Shown here: positions 1 through 14,527 of the stretch, piece by piece
Numbering within the stretch: position 1 is the stretch's first letter
Layout of the letters: each line of letters starts with the position of its first letter
From: Setoptus koraiensis
Lineage: Eukaryota; Animalia; Arthropoda
Assembly: GCA_048013815.1 (NCBI GenBank)
Contig: CM106586.1
Coordinates: forward strand, 12,338,001-12,402,000
Length of the DNA stretch: 64,000 nt
Reading direction: 5' to 3'
Translations under genes and position numbers: made by a program
The notes under the pieces: model-generated
What the model saw: only the letters and a program-made list of their open reading frames with translations
Told to the model about the DNA's origin: nothing
Database searches by the model: none

Positions 1-1525
1 TCCTCATCGCCGGCCAATCATCACTATTGTTTATGCGCAACTGCCGATTATCGCTGACAAACCGATGACCGGTGACCTTTGTTTCGGCTGTCATTGCACA
101 GGCTGACTTGCCAGGTATTTTGGGGTATTTCATCGGGTGCGCATCATTTGTAGTTCTCACTAACGCCAACAGGTTTCTCAGTAACGTGTCGCTGTCTATG
201 GGCGCTGCATTTGCGTGCCGTTGCCACTCATTGTTGGTGGGCGCCGCTGATCCACTTCCGGTTCTTCCATTGTTCTGTTCATGCCGCCGCCGCTGGTCTC
301 CGATACTGCTGCCCATCATCACTCTGACCGCAACACCCAACGGGCCCACGATGGAGCAACAAGGTGATTTTGTTGTCGTTTTATGAATCATCGAGTCAGC
401 TGACAGTTTGTTGCATGTATTTGTTGTATCTCGGGCGACACAACCCGACGCAGCCGGCGTGTGACATCGCCCCGATAATGAGCTGACGTTGCTAATTGAT
501 TTACACTTTCGCAACAGCGCCATCTGACAGTTGGTGGGCAATTTAGAGTGACAGTTGTCACTGTCAACACTGTCATTTGTGAGATCAGCTGTGTGTGGTT
601 GTTTTATCACATCGTCACTGTCGTTGCCTCGCATTGATGAGTCCGAAATGAGCCAACGCAATTGACTTTCCAAATTCCAATTAATGTCAGCGGCGTTGTT
701 GTTGTTGTTGTTGTGGCTGTAGTTGGCACCGTTCGCCTGTCGCTGTCGCTGTTGTTGGCGTCTACAATCGGACGACGACGACGACGACACGGACGATAAC
801 GAGCGGCGCATAATTCTCTTGGCGCTGTCACAGTGATTGTCGTTGTTGTTGTTGTGGTCAGTTGTTGTGTCGCTGTTTGTGCGGGGCAACAATTGATCAT
901 TTGTCGTCAAGTGGCCATTGTTTGTGGCGCTGTCCACTGCTCCGCTGGCCGCAGTAACAAATACCTGAGCGCTATGATAGCAGTGTGACAATGACAAATG
1001 TTGTGTGTGGTGACGCCGATCATTATTATCATCTAACAGGTTGTTGCGCGCCGTCACTCTTTGCTGCGGTCTCACTAGTGGTGGTTGCTGTTGTTGCTGC
1101 TGTTGTTGTTGTTGCTGTTGTTGCTGCTGCGGATGATGCTGCTTGCTAGAGATAACGGGCGACCAACACGAGGTTGGAGAACTAGAGGAGCCCGACGAAA
1201 AGGCCGAATCGTCCGCTCCAAAGTCGGCCATTTGAACCGGAAGCTGCCGATGCGAGCTTGCGGTTGTCGTTGTGTTTGTGTTTGATGTGATTGCATGTGT
1301 CGCTGTGGTTGTGGTTGTCGGCGTCATTGGTGATAATAATGTTGTTTCCTGTCTTTGTTGTTGCTGTTGTCTGTGCTGATGCTGCTGGCACAGTTGATTT
1401 GAATCGGTGTCCGTTTTGCACACACAGTTATCATTATTGTTAGCGCCTGTTGCATTTCTCACTAGTTGTCTTGCCGGAAATAGACGCTCGGTGGCGCTTT
1501 TTCTAGTTGTCGACTGCTGCATCAT
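1..1525 (-). CDS. 5'-part of a long Q/N/S/T/H-rich low-complexity protein (partial, runs off window start)
   Basis: Hand translation from ATG at 1525 (preceded in frame by TGA TAA) gives 508 codons with no stop to base 1: MMQQSTTRKSATERLFPARQLVRN...QMADFGADDSAFSSGSSSSPTSCWSPVISSKQHHPQQQQ...ALLRKCKSISNVSSLSGRCHTP... It is absent from the ORF track, probably because it has no stop in the window. No folded domain recognised. Confidence 0.6.
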   Translation of the reverse strand, partial: MMQQSTTRKSATERLFPARQLVRNATGANNNDNCVCKTDTDSNQLCQQHQHRQQQQQRQETTLLSPMTPTTTTTATHAITSNTNTTTTASSHRQLPVQMADFGADDSAFSSGSSSSPTSCWSPVISSKQHHPQQQQQQQQQQQQQQQPPLVRPQQRVTARNNLLDDNNDRRHHTQHLSLSHCYHSAQVFVTAASGAVDSATNNGHLTTNDQLLPRTNSDTTTDHNNNNDNHCDSAKRIMRRSLSSVSSSSSSDCRRQQQRQRQANGANYSHNNNNNNAADINWNLESQLRWLISDSSMRGNDSDDVIKQPHTADLTNDSVDSDNCHSKLPTNCQMALLRKCKSISNVSSLSGRCHTPAASGCVARDTTNTCNKLSADSMIHKTTTKSPCCSIVGPLGVAVRVMMGSSIGDQRRRHEQNNGRTGSGSAAPTNNEWQRHANAAPIDSDTLLRNLLALVRTTNDAHPMKYPKIPGKSACAMTAETKVTGHRFVSDNRQLRINNSDDWPAMR

Positions 1526-1960
1526 GATGATTTATCAATGTAACAAGTGTTTGTAAAACGCCTCCAAGTGTGGCTGTTGCGTTGAATTGTGCCGTTCGCT
1601 TGAGTTCAGTTGTGTCCCACTCGATGCATGATAATTGTTGCTGCACCAAACAATTGTTATCGTCTCGCTGCGATCGGCTGTCCGGCCGATCCGCTCGATC
1701 TGGCTGACGTAATATATATGTGTGTGTGTGTGATGTACGCGTTGTATAGGCGGCGCTGCGATTTGATTCGAGGTGGCAAAAAGACAAGTTATACAGTTAT
1801 ATAAGTTATACAGTTTTACAGTTACAAGTTGCACAGGTATAAGTTATGAGCGCAGGGTGGCGCGTAATTGGACGCGCCGTAAATTTGAGATTTGAAAAGT
1901 TTGAAATTGAATGAGCACAAAGGGGGGATTAGCGCCAATCACCATAATATGGTGCCATAT

Positions 1961-2054
1961 AGCACCACACTGCACCACCGCGCACCACACTGCACCACAC
2001 TGCACCACCGTGCACCACATTGCACCACGGTGCACCACACTGCACCACGCTGCA
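1961..2054. repeat. 10-bp minisatellite (TGCACCACAC)n, ~9 imperfect copies
   Basis: Direct reading of the tandem units. Confidence 0.85.
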
Positions 2055-3837
2055 GGGCGCTATGCGGTGGCCGACGGTTGCGAAGCACAAGTGCGATCTA
2101 GATCCAGATTAGATTATCCATACTGGATGCAGCATCGCGGTGCAGCGAGCTTGGATTGGATGCACGGCGGTGCAGCGAGCTTGGATTGGCGGCACGGCGG
2201 TGCAGCAGCGAGAAAAGTAAAAGCAAGTGTGAGCAGCGAAAAGTAACTGCAAACAAGGCTTTTCTAGGTGTGAGGCGGCCGCTGTGTCGAGTGGCTCTGT
2301 CAAGTGGCTCTGTCAAGCGGCTGCGTCCACTGTCAGCGGCCGCTGTCAGTGGCCGCTGACCAGCTGAGTGGCCAGCGATTACGTAAGCGGCGTTGCACAA
2401 TAGGTGTGTTTGTGACAGCGAGCGAGTCACCTGTTGCGTTGCGCTCGATTCGGTGTGGTTTAGTTTTGGGGCTTGCCGACTGACTGCAGAGCTGCAAAGT
2501 TATTTTTGGGTCGCTCGATAGCTCGCCGTTAATTTAGACAAATTAATCACGCTCCGTTCGGGCGATACTCGATTCGCTTGCTGGCGCTTGACTGGTTGAC
2601 TGGTTGCAAATTGCAATTGATTCAGTGTGTGCGCACTCGCCTTTTTTGCTCGACTTTCATCGCTCGACTTTATTTATTTTTATTGGTCCGATTGGCGGCC
2701 GTGTTGCGGCGCAACCATTTCACCGATAGGCTCGGCCCGCTGACGCTAGTTTGCATTCGAGTTGCCACTTGTTGCGCGGCCAACAACTTGTCGGCAACAA
2801 CTTGTCGGCAACAACTTGTCGGCAGCGATTTGTTGGCAGCAAGGCTCCCCTCGCCGGCCGCCAGTCGGCCGCTCGTCGGCCGCCAGTGGGGGATTCAGTC
2901 GGCCGCCTGTTGGCGATTCAGTCGGCCGGCCGGCACAACGGATAATAACGAAAATAATGGCCATTTAACCGTGACCAATAGGGCCCGTGGGCCATGCAAA
3001 CAGCCAACAACAAACAAACAGTTCGAGGGTGTGCGAGATTGTTGAAAACTGGAGCCGAAGATCGTCGTTGCCGTAGCTTTTTCGCGCCACCAACCAACCA
3101 ATTTGTTGCCGAGATGAGTGATTTTTCACTTTCGCACCGTTCGTTGGCACCGCTTGCTGGCGCCAATCGCTGGCTCCGTTCGCTGGGCGGCCGCCTTGCG
3201 AACCACAAGTTGCCAATCGCAAGTTGCGAATCACATTTGCTGTGATTAGCGCGCACCGTTCGAGCGCTGACATGACGCAATATTATGATGATTTGTGGGT
3301 CGCAAATGGTGAGAATTGTCATAATTTGGGCTGCACTGTCAGCGCTATGGCAGCGGCCAGCCGACAGTGCAGCGAGAGCACAAAGAGCCCATTAAAACAC
3401 AAGCCAAACACATTGTGCCGTCACCTTAACCTCGACACAAATAACCTGACTGATTGCACTCATTTAGCAGTCATGTGAGCGCGAAATTGTGCGCGAAATT
3501 GCCAGATATAACTAGCGTTTACGGGCTCGTTGTTTGTCGCACTGCGACAGTCGTAGTTTATAACGGTATAACAATACACAAAAGTTGTTATGTAACAACA
3601 GATACCTGTTGTGCGTGCAGCTAATGACAAACAACAAACAAACTGCCGGTGATAAATGGCGACTTGTTGAGCTCGTTACTGTCCAGCGGCCAGTGTCATG
3701 ACACATTCACTGTTTTCGTGCACTATATTTGGCAATTGTGCGTGCCGTATTTGCGATCACTCATTGCACTTGTTGCTGTTGGTTGTGCTGCGATTAGCTC
3801 AATAAGTTTGTAACTGCGCTTCACATGATGACCGGGT

Positions 3838-3921
3838 ATTTGTCGGGCATTTGTCGGGCAGTTGCCGTCATTTGTCGGGCATTTGCCGTCATTTGTCGGG
3901 CAGTTGCCGTCATTTGTCGGG
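3838..3921. repeat. 21-bp tandem repeat (CATTTGTCGGGCAGTTGCCGT), ~4 copies
   Basis: Direct reading; explains the PTNDGNC repeats in ORF 3723..3935. Confidence 0.8.
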
Positions 3922-5542
3922 TATTCGTGCGGCATTTATCGCCGTTGCGGGCAGTGCGGAGCAGGACAGGTAGCCGAAAATAGAGGCCGCTAAGCGGCAT
4001 GCAATAGCCACTCAATGAGCCGCTGATAGTAGCAGCTAGTAATTATCCAATCAACGACAGCAGCAACAAACGAGCTGCATTGTGTGGCGACTTTTCAATT
4101 GTGATCACCAGTCTGGGCCGCCATTAACCATTAACGGCCATATATCACACACACACACACACACAGCACAAATTATGCAACATTTCTCGATATAATAACA
4201 TAACATTGCATAATCATATATTGTCAGCGTAATACTACTACGGACAAGCGAACGAACAAATGAACGTTGCATGAACAACAATGCATATCGCTCAACTCAA
4301 ACCAATTTGGCCAGTTATAACTTATAAGACAACTAATTAGCATTGCAACGTCCAATTGAATTGCTTGCTCTATATAATTTTCTCAATGCTGTCGCCCGTT
4401 ACTGGCAACCATCAATGGTCACCGGCAACTCGTCATTTGAATACATTACGTGCGATTGTTTTGGCAAGCTCGACACACGATACCACCAAAACTGTTAATC
4501 TGATCGACTTTGTTTATTGTCGCTCTAGTGTTGCCCTGCACACAGCGACGACGAGACGATAATTGTAACAGTGATTGCGATCACCCACGGCATTTCTCAG
4601 CGCCGCTAATGACAGCGCCAATTGAGGCTATTCCAACTGTCTAACTACTCGCAATTATTGGCGTATCCAAGTAACCAAGGAAACTTAGACGCCAATAATT
4701 CATAAGTCATAACCCACTGGCAACAAGATGGTTCTCGTCAGCCCTTAAAAGACCCATATATGCGGGAATCGCTCTCACGATCAGTGTCAGATCTTGTCAG
4801 GTGGATATGAAACAAACAACACAACTTTGTTTTAGTAGAATCAAAATAGAAGATTGGAAATGAGCGAAAGCGATATTTCGACTAGAGGGCAATTCAATTG
4901 TGCTGAAAACAAATGTCAAAATAAATCAAAAAACAGTAAGAAAAAGAATTATAAAATTGAAGTCTCGCTTTTGCGGCGTCTTCTCATATTGACCACGGTA
5001 TGTTGGTTCAGTGTTGGTTCAGTATTGTTGTCGTAGGTGTTGTTGCTGCTGTTGTTGGTGTTGGTGCTGATGCTCTTGTCTAGTTGGCTGTTGTTGTTGA
5101 TTCAACCGAATGAACAGACGGAGAGTAGTAATCACAAAAGTAGTGTGAATTGAACGATAATTATATCATCGTATTCACATGTAATAATATTGTGTTGCTG
5201 ATATATCGTGTATATTTAAGCAGTTGTTGCTTTGCCAATAAGTGTTCCTGTCAGTTATTATAACTGTAACATTGGTGCACTTTTAATTGATAGTGAGTCG
5301 CACCATTACCATGGCAACTACAAGAGCGCTTGCTAATTAGTGTGTGTGTGTGTGTCGCACACATAACAGTACAACGGTTACATAACAGATGTATGACGGA
5401 TATAAATAATAAATAAATGACAGATATTGTGTGCAGTGAGTAGTAACAAGAGTGACAACGCTTGCCGACTCACAATTCGCATCTCACACAAATTGTGTCA
5501 CAATGTCACATTTGTGCACACCGGATACACAGTTAGCCGCTG

Positions 5543-5657
5543 ATCAGCTGATTGTCACTGGTCACAGGTGCACAACTGTGTCAGTTTGTGACAATCAGCT
5601 GATTGCCACTGGTCAAAAATGCACAACTGTGTCAGCTTGTGACAATCAGCTGATTGC
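5543..5657. repeat. 51-bp tandem repeat (~2.3 copies) built around palindrome AATCAGCTGATT
   Basis: ATCAGCTGATTG recurs at 5543, 5594 and 5645 with conserved intervening sequence. Confidence 0.8.
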
Positions 5658-5957
5658 AGCATGCTTGTTATTGTTGCCGCAAGTGACAGGTGCCTGTTGC
5701 GGGTTAGTTACATGCCAGTTGTGTGATGCAACAATATGGCGGCATAATATAAATTAAATAGATACATGGATTCATATTGTGGACACGACGAATGTGCCAT
5801 AAATGGGAACGAATGACAACTGAGAACAAATGACAAGTGCAAGTGAATGAGCGATGATTAGACACACAGTGTGCGGATTATAGTGTAGACACACATTATT
5901 TGTGTGATACACAAAGGCACTGGTTGTATCAATTTATGGCGACGCAATGTTGCGATG

Positions 5958-6101
<144 letters not shown>

Positions 6102-8580
6102 GACGACGACGGCGACAACAGTGGACGCCGGAAGTGACCAGGAACTGGCCAAACAATCACACACAGGCGAGCATGGTGTTGCGTTTGCGGTGGTGCAGCC
6201 ACTGCAAACCGGTGAGTGCGCCAGTAATGACAGCTCATTTGCTGGCCACCGACAACCGACTGACCTGTCGCACACACAACAACTGTTTCAACTGTTGTTG
6301 TTATGTAATATGTTGCTTGTAAGCCTGGGCTTACAAGCAACATATTACATAACAACAACATAATATCAGCTGCTCGCCTTGGCCAGGTGTCGGGCGTGAT
6401 GTTGCGGTGGTTGGTCGTGTCTGTCATTTGTTTATTTGTCCATTCATTCATTCGCTCGTTTGTTTGTTTGTTTGTTTGTTTGTTTGCATCTTGAGTTGAT
6501 GTTGTTACAGGGGCTGGTCGTTAGCGCATCGCTCTAGGCGCCAACAAACGGATTCTGGGCTCATCGCTCGGTTTGGGTTTGGTGCTTGACGTTTGGTCGC
6601 TGTGAGACACTCACCAGTTGACACCTTCAGCGGTCGCCTCGCTAATTGCATCGCACTCATTTCATTGCATAAGATAAATTGAATTTCGGCCGAGCGGCCG
6701 ATATTATGTTGTCATGCGAAGTGCAAGCCAGCGAGCGGCTGAGAGCGGCCGACACACACAGGTGAGAAAGTTACTAATTGTTGGCTCGACTGGCCGGCCG
6801 GCCGGCCGGACGACAGCGCATTGGCGCTAATTAGGCATGCTGGTGGGCAAATGAACGGCAACATTTGTGAGCGCCGTCACACTCTTTCTCAGCGGCCGCA
6901 GCGGTCGCCAATGATGATGGCCTGTCCGAGGCTCGACTGGCTTGCGAGGCTCGACTGGCTTGCGAGGCTTGCGTTTAGAAACGCACGCCAGGGTTTTGTT
7001 GGCCGGGCCGAATGGCTGTTGCGGCGATTTCGGCCAAAATTACAAATTGGAAATTAAAATAGAAATAGAAATCGAAATGAGATTGCCGCCGCAGCGGCCT
7101 CGATTCGGAATCGGGCCTTCGTCGGCGGCTCGCATCAGCGCGGCCACTGCCAACAAACCGCCAGATCGAAGCGCCAGATCGAAGCGCCGGATCGAAGCGC
7201 CGGATCGCAGTTGCAGAGTTTGATCGGAGCGCCAGAAACGAGAGCGAGACCACGGCGAGTTATCACTGCATCCCCGATCCCGAGGCTATTTTTTTTTCTC
7301 GTAAATATCGCGCCACTGACATGACTTGCGCAACGGTTGTGCAGCATCGCGCGGCAATATTCACAACAACAAGCATTATTCACAACAAGCAATATTCACA
7401 ACAAGCGATATTCACAACAAGCGATATTTATAAACAGCGCATAGCTTGTGTTTAAATATGTATTTATAAATATTACGCAATAATACACAATATATAATAA
7501 TAATGATATGATGCGTTGCGCAAGTGTCGGTATTAGCCAGTTTGCCGGCCAGCAAACATCATTATTGGTTAGCTGGCTTGAGATCGGTGAGATGGATGCA
7601 AGTGTCTCGACGTGTGTCGTGTTAACATGCCATTTTGACAGCAACGCCGCTCAAAATGTTTAAACGCGCCATGTTTTACCCTACAAATCTCAGCTCACAA
7701 TCAGCTTTGTCTATGGCTGGCCGTCGACAGCGACCGTTTTGCTGAAATAGTATGAAATAGTTTGTTAACTGTAAATTGGCGCCAACGGTGAGCAAAGTGT
7801 TACGCAAATGAGATCAGCGACTTGTGAGCTCCATCTGACAACTTGTGTGAATCACAGTGTGTTTGAGCACACACTGTGAATCACACTTGCAATCAGCTAG
7901 CTCAAATCAGCATTTCACTCACAAGTCAGGCGAGGCTCATTTCTATTTAGCTAGTTGTGGATTCAGTTGGACTAAATAAAAATAGATAAAATAAAACAAA
8001 ATAAAAAGAAAGCGAAAAGGGCCGTTTCTTTCAATGGTCGTTGACTCGTTCAATTTGTTTGGCTTTGCGCTGCCTTGGTTGCTTTCGTTTGGCCAGATGC
8101 GATTGATGGCCAAGCGCGGCCAAGCGGCCAAACGGACAAACGAGCAAACGAGCAAACGGGCAAACGGGCAAACGAGCAAATGAGCAAATGAGCTTGCCAC
8201 AGAGAGCATGAGTGTGCCGGCGAGCACGGCCACCAACTAATAAATAAATACAAGAGAATAAATGAATGGGACGACAGAGAAAGCCAATGAATGCGATGAG
8301 ACGAAGATGGTCACAAGTGAGCGAAAAATCATCCGTCTTGCATAATGCTCGACACAACAGCAACAACGGCAACAACAACGGCAACAACAACGGAACAACG
8401 GCAACAACAACGGAACAACGGCAACAACAACGACAACAACAACAACAGCGCAATAATGTTAATAAGGGTGGAAACAGCGGACATTGTAAATGCGCAATCA
8501 TTATCATTGGCTCATCAATTGCCGGCGACCGTTTGCCTACGATTCGCAATGTTTGTTATGGGCATCCGATTCACCTGTGC

Positions 8581-8612
<32 letters not shown>

Positions 8613-9026
8613 CTGTTGTTGCTGTTGTTGCTGTTTCATTCATTCAAGTTTGCATTTGTAGGCAAGAAAAAGAAAAAGAAGAAAAGGAGAAGCAGAAGGA
8701 GAAGAAGAAGGGGAAAGAGATGCGCAAACGGAGAAGAAAAGGAGCGATGATAATAATATAGCCGAGCGGCGCATAATAATAATTATATCCAATAATGCAA
8801 CAACGACAACTGGCAACATTGGCCAACTGATATAACAAGCGCAACAAAGCGAGACAGAACAATTTAAATCCATCATCGCGCCAGCTAATGATTACCATTT
8901 ATTACTGGTATCATTAAAGATAAAAGATCAACTTTGCAACTGCATCGACGCCATGCAAATTAGACCATGCGTCGATATGCGCTCACACTCGCCCAGCTCG
9001 ACAGGCTCACTCGCCGAGATGGACAG

Positions 9027-9168
<142 letters not shown>

Positions 9169-12100
9169 GCTCGCTGTGCGACCGTTACATGGCAGCGTTA
9201 TGCGTAATGTTGCGCAATGTGGCCGCCGCTTTGGTTGCTGTTGGCCAGATTGGACCATGCAAGAGTCGATGATGCAAGAGAAGAGCAGACTCGCCTGGAC
9301 ACAGCTCACATCATCGACGACGTTGATGAGCTCGCCTGGCATCTAGCAACAGCTGATGGTGGCAAAACAGCAGCAACAACAACAACAACAACAAACTGTA
9401 ACTGACCATTCGCCGAAAGTGACCAAATCACCTGACGTCTCTCTGATCTGATCACCTGTTCATCAGCTGTGCTCACAGCGGAGTTGCTGCACAGGTGAGT
9501 TGCACTTGTGTGTGTGTGTGTGTGTGTGTCAGCCGGCTGACACAGCTGAGGGCGTTATGTAACTTGCATAATGTAAGCGAGCATGCGACGGTGGTCAAGT
9601 GGCCACTATTTACAACTGCCGTTATATTGCCAATGGTGTCGTGAATGATGATTGCGATGAAACATGACAGCAGCGCACCGTTGGTGTTACCTGGGCATGA
9701 TACCATATGATATTCATACATACAAATGTGAGCATATCATATGTGAATGTTGCCGTTGTTGCCGTTGTTGCCGTTGCTGTTGTTGTTGCCGTTGTTGCCG
9801 TTGTTGCTGCTGTTGTTGCCGTTGTTGTTGTTGCTGGCGATGGGCGCATTTTGTTGCCGCAGCAACCACCATCGGCGCTCGCTCTGCGGCTCCCCCATTC
9901 GGCATTCGCTTGCATTGAATGCGCAAATGAGCCAAACGATGATTCATTTGCACCGTTTGCTCATTCATGCCTCATTGGCTCCGTTGGCTCCGTTGGCTTC
10001 GCTGGCTTGCCAATCGGCGCAGCCAATCAAGCCAACGAAACCGACGAAGCCAACAGGCCGACGAGGCCGATGGAACCGATGCGTCAGTCAGCTGACGGCT
10101 CTTTGTCCGTTTGTTGCGCCGTTGTTTGCGCGCCGCTGCAACAGGTGAGACAACAACCGGGCGACGACGCCTAACGGGACGCGCATAAATATTGTGAGCG
10201 CAGCAAGTTGCACTGACCAGTGGTCAGTGACTCGCCAGTGGAGAGCGCCGGTGCAGTTGGCCGACTGCACCCGAGTGTCTGCGATACCGGAGCCATGGCA
10301 AATCACCTCGCAAATCGCTCATTATTTAAATCTGACAATCTGCAAATTTGCGAGCCTTGCCAATACATACAATAAATGTGCTGGATAGCGCTGTCATGCT
10401 TGCCTCATCTCTCATCAGCTTCATCATGCAAATAGGAATTTTCAGCCAAATTTAGCTTCGCTTGGCCCGCTCGGCTCGTCGCTGCACCGTCGCACCGTCG
10501 CACCATTGCACCGCTGCCGACTTGGTGCCGCTGCGGCCGAGCCACACAACCTGTGAGTGACCAGTGGCGAGTTGAGCAACGGCCAATGCAGCATGGGCAA
10601 GCGATGCCAAATGAAATCTATTCCTATTGCCGGCAATAGTATTGCGTCATGTTTGGCATTTGCCATCTATCGTTATCGTCGCTGTGCGGAGCGCCGCGGC
10701 GCGGCCGAACCGGACCGGACGAGCTGTCAGTGGCGAATCGCCCATGAGCAGCCACTAATGCGAACAGCGGCCAGTCAATGAGGCGAAAACGAGCAGAAAA
10801 TGAGCCGGCCAACAAGTGAAGCGAACAGGCCAAAAGTTTGCCGAAATGCGACGAAACGGCGCTAATAACACGATAACGGCCGCTGGTTTCGCTTTCTGTT
10901 TTCGCTTTCTGTAACCGTTTGCGCAATCTTGCTTCTGCCGGCGCAACGAGCGACAGCCGGCGTCGGGTTACGCAACCGTTGTGGACAATTGTGTCAATTG
11001 CATAATTAGCGCCGCAAGTGGACAAATGAGTCATGAGCGAGCGAGCGAGCGAGCGATTGAGTGGACAAATGAGCGAGCGAGCGAGCGAGTGAGCGCATGA
11101 GATTGGAAAGCATGAAAGCGCAAGTGCGTTTGGCGAGCGCGCTTTGTCGAGCTCGTTTTGGCGAGCGCATTTCGGCGAGCGCATTCTGGCAAGTCAATTT
11201 GCAAATACGAATCACTTGCGTCGTGAGTGAGCTCGCCAGCTCGAGCGACTAATACAGTACATGTGTATTATGTACTGCACATATTAATTATGTGTGGTAA
11301 TGTGCAGTAATTTGCGCACGACGCGTCGTCTGTGCAGCTGTAGCTGGCTGCGCGCCACAACAGGTTGCAGTGTAAAACTTATTATTACATGCATGCGAAT
11401 GGCGAGAGGCGACAAGCGACAAGCGCATTGGCGCCGCCAAACGGCACCGCACAACAATCGCCATCGAGCGAGCGAGTGAGGCCATTAATTAAAAAGCAGT
11501 TTTCTAATTAGTCTAATTACCAGTGGCGACGCTCACAACAAACGGCTAAACGTCTAACGTGTGTTTAGGCTTGGGCGAGTGCGCGTCGAGCCGGCGCTGG
11601 CAAGACCCGCTCGGGCGACACAACAAAATCACCTGTCGAGCTGCAACGGCGAGCGGGCGGGCACAACGAGCGGCCCAACGAGCGGCACAACGAGCGGCCC
11701 AACGAGCGGCGCGGAAACAACTGGCTGCAATTAGATACAAGCGGACAGAGTTGCCAGATGGAGCGGATTGAGATGTTTCCATTATGACGATGTTGGGCAA
11801 CTGCCACAGCATAGAAATAAAGCCGAAATAAAGATCGAACGAAAGAGGAACTCACCTTGATTTCGGATTAGCGAGTCGATTGTTACAGGTGCCAAATCGA
11901 GTTGCTGCTGCTGCCAATATAAATGGACGATCACCTTTATTTAGACTTGCTTTGGTCGCTGGCTGGCTGGCTGGCTAGTTAAGTGCTAATTAAGACCGAT
12001 GGTCATCGTGATCGGCCAACAGCTTGCCGCTCATCGGCGACCACCGAACGCTAACCTTTTCTCCGCACTGGCACCAAAATGATAATGACGCTCGATTTGT

Positions 12101-14310
12101 ACGCTCGCTGACGGCAACTCGTTTTGAGAGACAACTGTCGATAAATGTTGTTGCTGTTTCAGTGTTTATAATTGTTTGCACCCAACGCTCAATTTGACAG
12201 AGGCCACATACAAACAGACGCTGGCATTGTTGTTGGGTCTCGCTGGCCGCCGTTGCCGTTGTTGTCGTTGCTGCTGTTGCTGTTGCCGTTGTTGTCGTTG
12301 CTGCTGTTGCTGTTGCTGTTGTTGCCGTTGTTGCGCCTGCCAGCACGATAATGCTTGCAATGATTTTAATTATTATCGGCTGTTGTTGCTGTTGTTGCTG
12401 TTGTCGCTGTCATTGTCGCCGTATAGCTGTATGGCTGTACGGCTGTATAACTGCACGACTGGCCAATGGTGGCGATATTTCCCTTTCGCTCGCTGGCCCG
12501 ATGCCAGCCGAATCAGCTGACAAATAAGCTGTCGTTGTTGTTGCTTGAATGAACGGTGCACGTGTGATTGACCTCAAGCCCACCAAACGTATGGGTCAGT
12601 TCGGGCCGACGGTCAGTTGTCGTGTGTCGTCAACAGTTTGCTGCTTGTTTGTTTGTTTGTTTGCTCGTTTGTTTGTTTGTTGCGTATTGTTTGTTGCGTA
12701 TTGTTTGTGGCTCGTCACAGGTTGGCTGCGTGACGCACGCCCGACTCACACTGTAATTTCTATCGACGATTCGCTGTCGACGATTGACCACTGGCTATCG
12801 TCAATTGCCGTCTGAACAGCGCTGCTTATTTGTACGTGTGTGCGTGTGTTAATTTGAATATTCAAATAATTGGTGAATGATTAGTGATGCAAGTCAGTTA
12901 GTGGGCAAGTGTGATTGGCGATGATGAAATTGAACTGTCCATTTGGGCTCTGTTTTGACTATTTTGACACACGGCGAGTGAGCAGTCGCTGTCAAATAAC
13001 ATTATTGTGACACGATCAGCTGACTATGAAACGAAAAGCAAACTGGTCACTGTTGCAGTTGTTGCTGTTGTTGTTGCAGTTGTTGCAGTTGTTGCTGTTG
13101 TTGTTCACTACTGACACACTCACTCACACGCATCAGACCAGCGAATGAACAGCAAAAATCAAAATAACAACAACAACAACTACACACACGCCCGATGGCA
13201 AGTGGGTGGTTCCACTGGCAACAAAGAAGACGCACACACACACACGGCCAGCAACTGCACCTGTCGTTGTTGTTGTCGCTGTTGTTGCTGTCGCCGTTGC
13301 TGTTGTTGCTGCTGCCGTTGCTGTTGTTGCTGTTGCCGGTGATGCAACGGCAGCAACAACAACAACAAGCTACAAGTGGCCAATGCAAATCTTTGCCTTC
13401 GCTCGTTTCAGTGCCCCCCCCCCTGCCCCGCCACACAAAACTCGACAGGCGGGGGGGGGGCACTTACACGGCAGACACACGCCGACAACAAGTTACGTAA
13501 TAGCAACAAGTGAGTGGCCAAAAAATGGCCACACGAGGCGCCATAGGCACCCGTTGATTTTGATGCAAATTTCAGCAGCAAACGGTGCGCCGGTCGGTGG
13601 CTACCTGTCAGTCACTGGCTGCTGCCGACCAAAACTGTTATTAGACCAATATTTGTGCTGCGTCCAGCCGACGACGGCGACGGGCTTGCTCGCTCAGCTG
13701 ATTCATTCGGATAATGGGGATAACTCAGATAGCGGATAATGGAGATAATTGACAATTGTGATAGCGGATAAATCAGTGCGGATAATTGCGTTATCATGCT
13801 GCACACTGAAGGCGCACGAGATTGCGCAAGACACCTGAGATTGTAAGCAGTTGTGTGCTCCAGTTGACAACTTTCGCTCGCGTGAGCCCAACTGTCGCGT
13901 AACTTGGCTTGCAACTGTCGACCAACAAGATAATTGCGCTTGGCTGTGCTGTATTTATCGGCGGCCATTATGCAACAAATATGCAAATTTCGGCCCGTCG
14001 TTATGCCGACCACCAGTGTCATGTTAAATTGGTACACAAGACAATGCATGATGCGACAGCGGCGACTTTGCTCTGGGCGCCACACAATTTGCGCGCAATT
14101 TGCGCACAATTTGTGATTTGTGTCAGGCGGTTGCAATTGTTGCGGCTCGCGAGCCATCTTTTCAATTTCGATTCATGCAACATTTATTTGTCTATTTATA
14201 GTTACGTAAACTGTCTCACTATGCATCTATCTATACAATTTATATTATCAGTAGTCAAGTTGATGCGATGTCGGCTGTGCGACTGGCCAATTGGCAATTA
14301 TGGCGCACAG

Positions 14311-14489
14311 TGTAACCATATTATGGGTTAGCTGAGTCTTTTATTTATTTTCGACTTACATCAAGTGAATACAATACTTGCTCTCCATCGCTCTCTCTTA
14401 TATACGCATGTTCGCACCTAGTCTCCGTCCTAGGACGGGACTCAATTCTGAGTACAATTTAAGTAAGCACATGCTCGTATGTGCTTATA
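14311..14489 (-). repeat. 3' LTR (179 bp)
   Basis: Differs from the 5' LTR at 7 positions by manual alignment (~96% identity). Its terminal TG on the minus strand is mutated to TA. A short purine run AGAGGGATA abuts it internally (weak PPT). Confidence 0.92.
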
Positions 14490-14527
14490 TATCCCTCTGG
14501 TTAATTGAGACTACGGGGGGAAGAGTT

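Noticed and set aside
72-386. 104-aa plus-strand ORF
   Set aside because: It is the antisense shadow of the long minus-strand ORF 1-1525; no motif.
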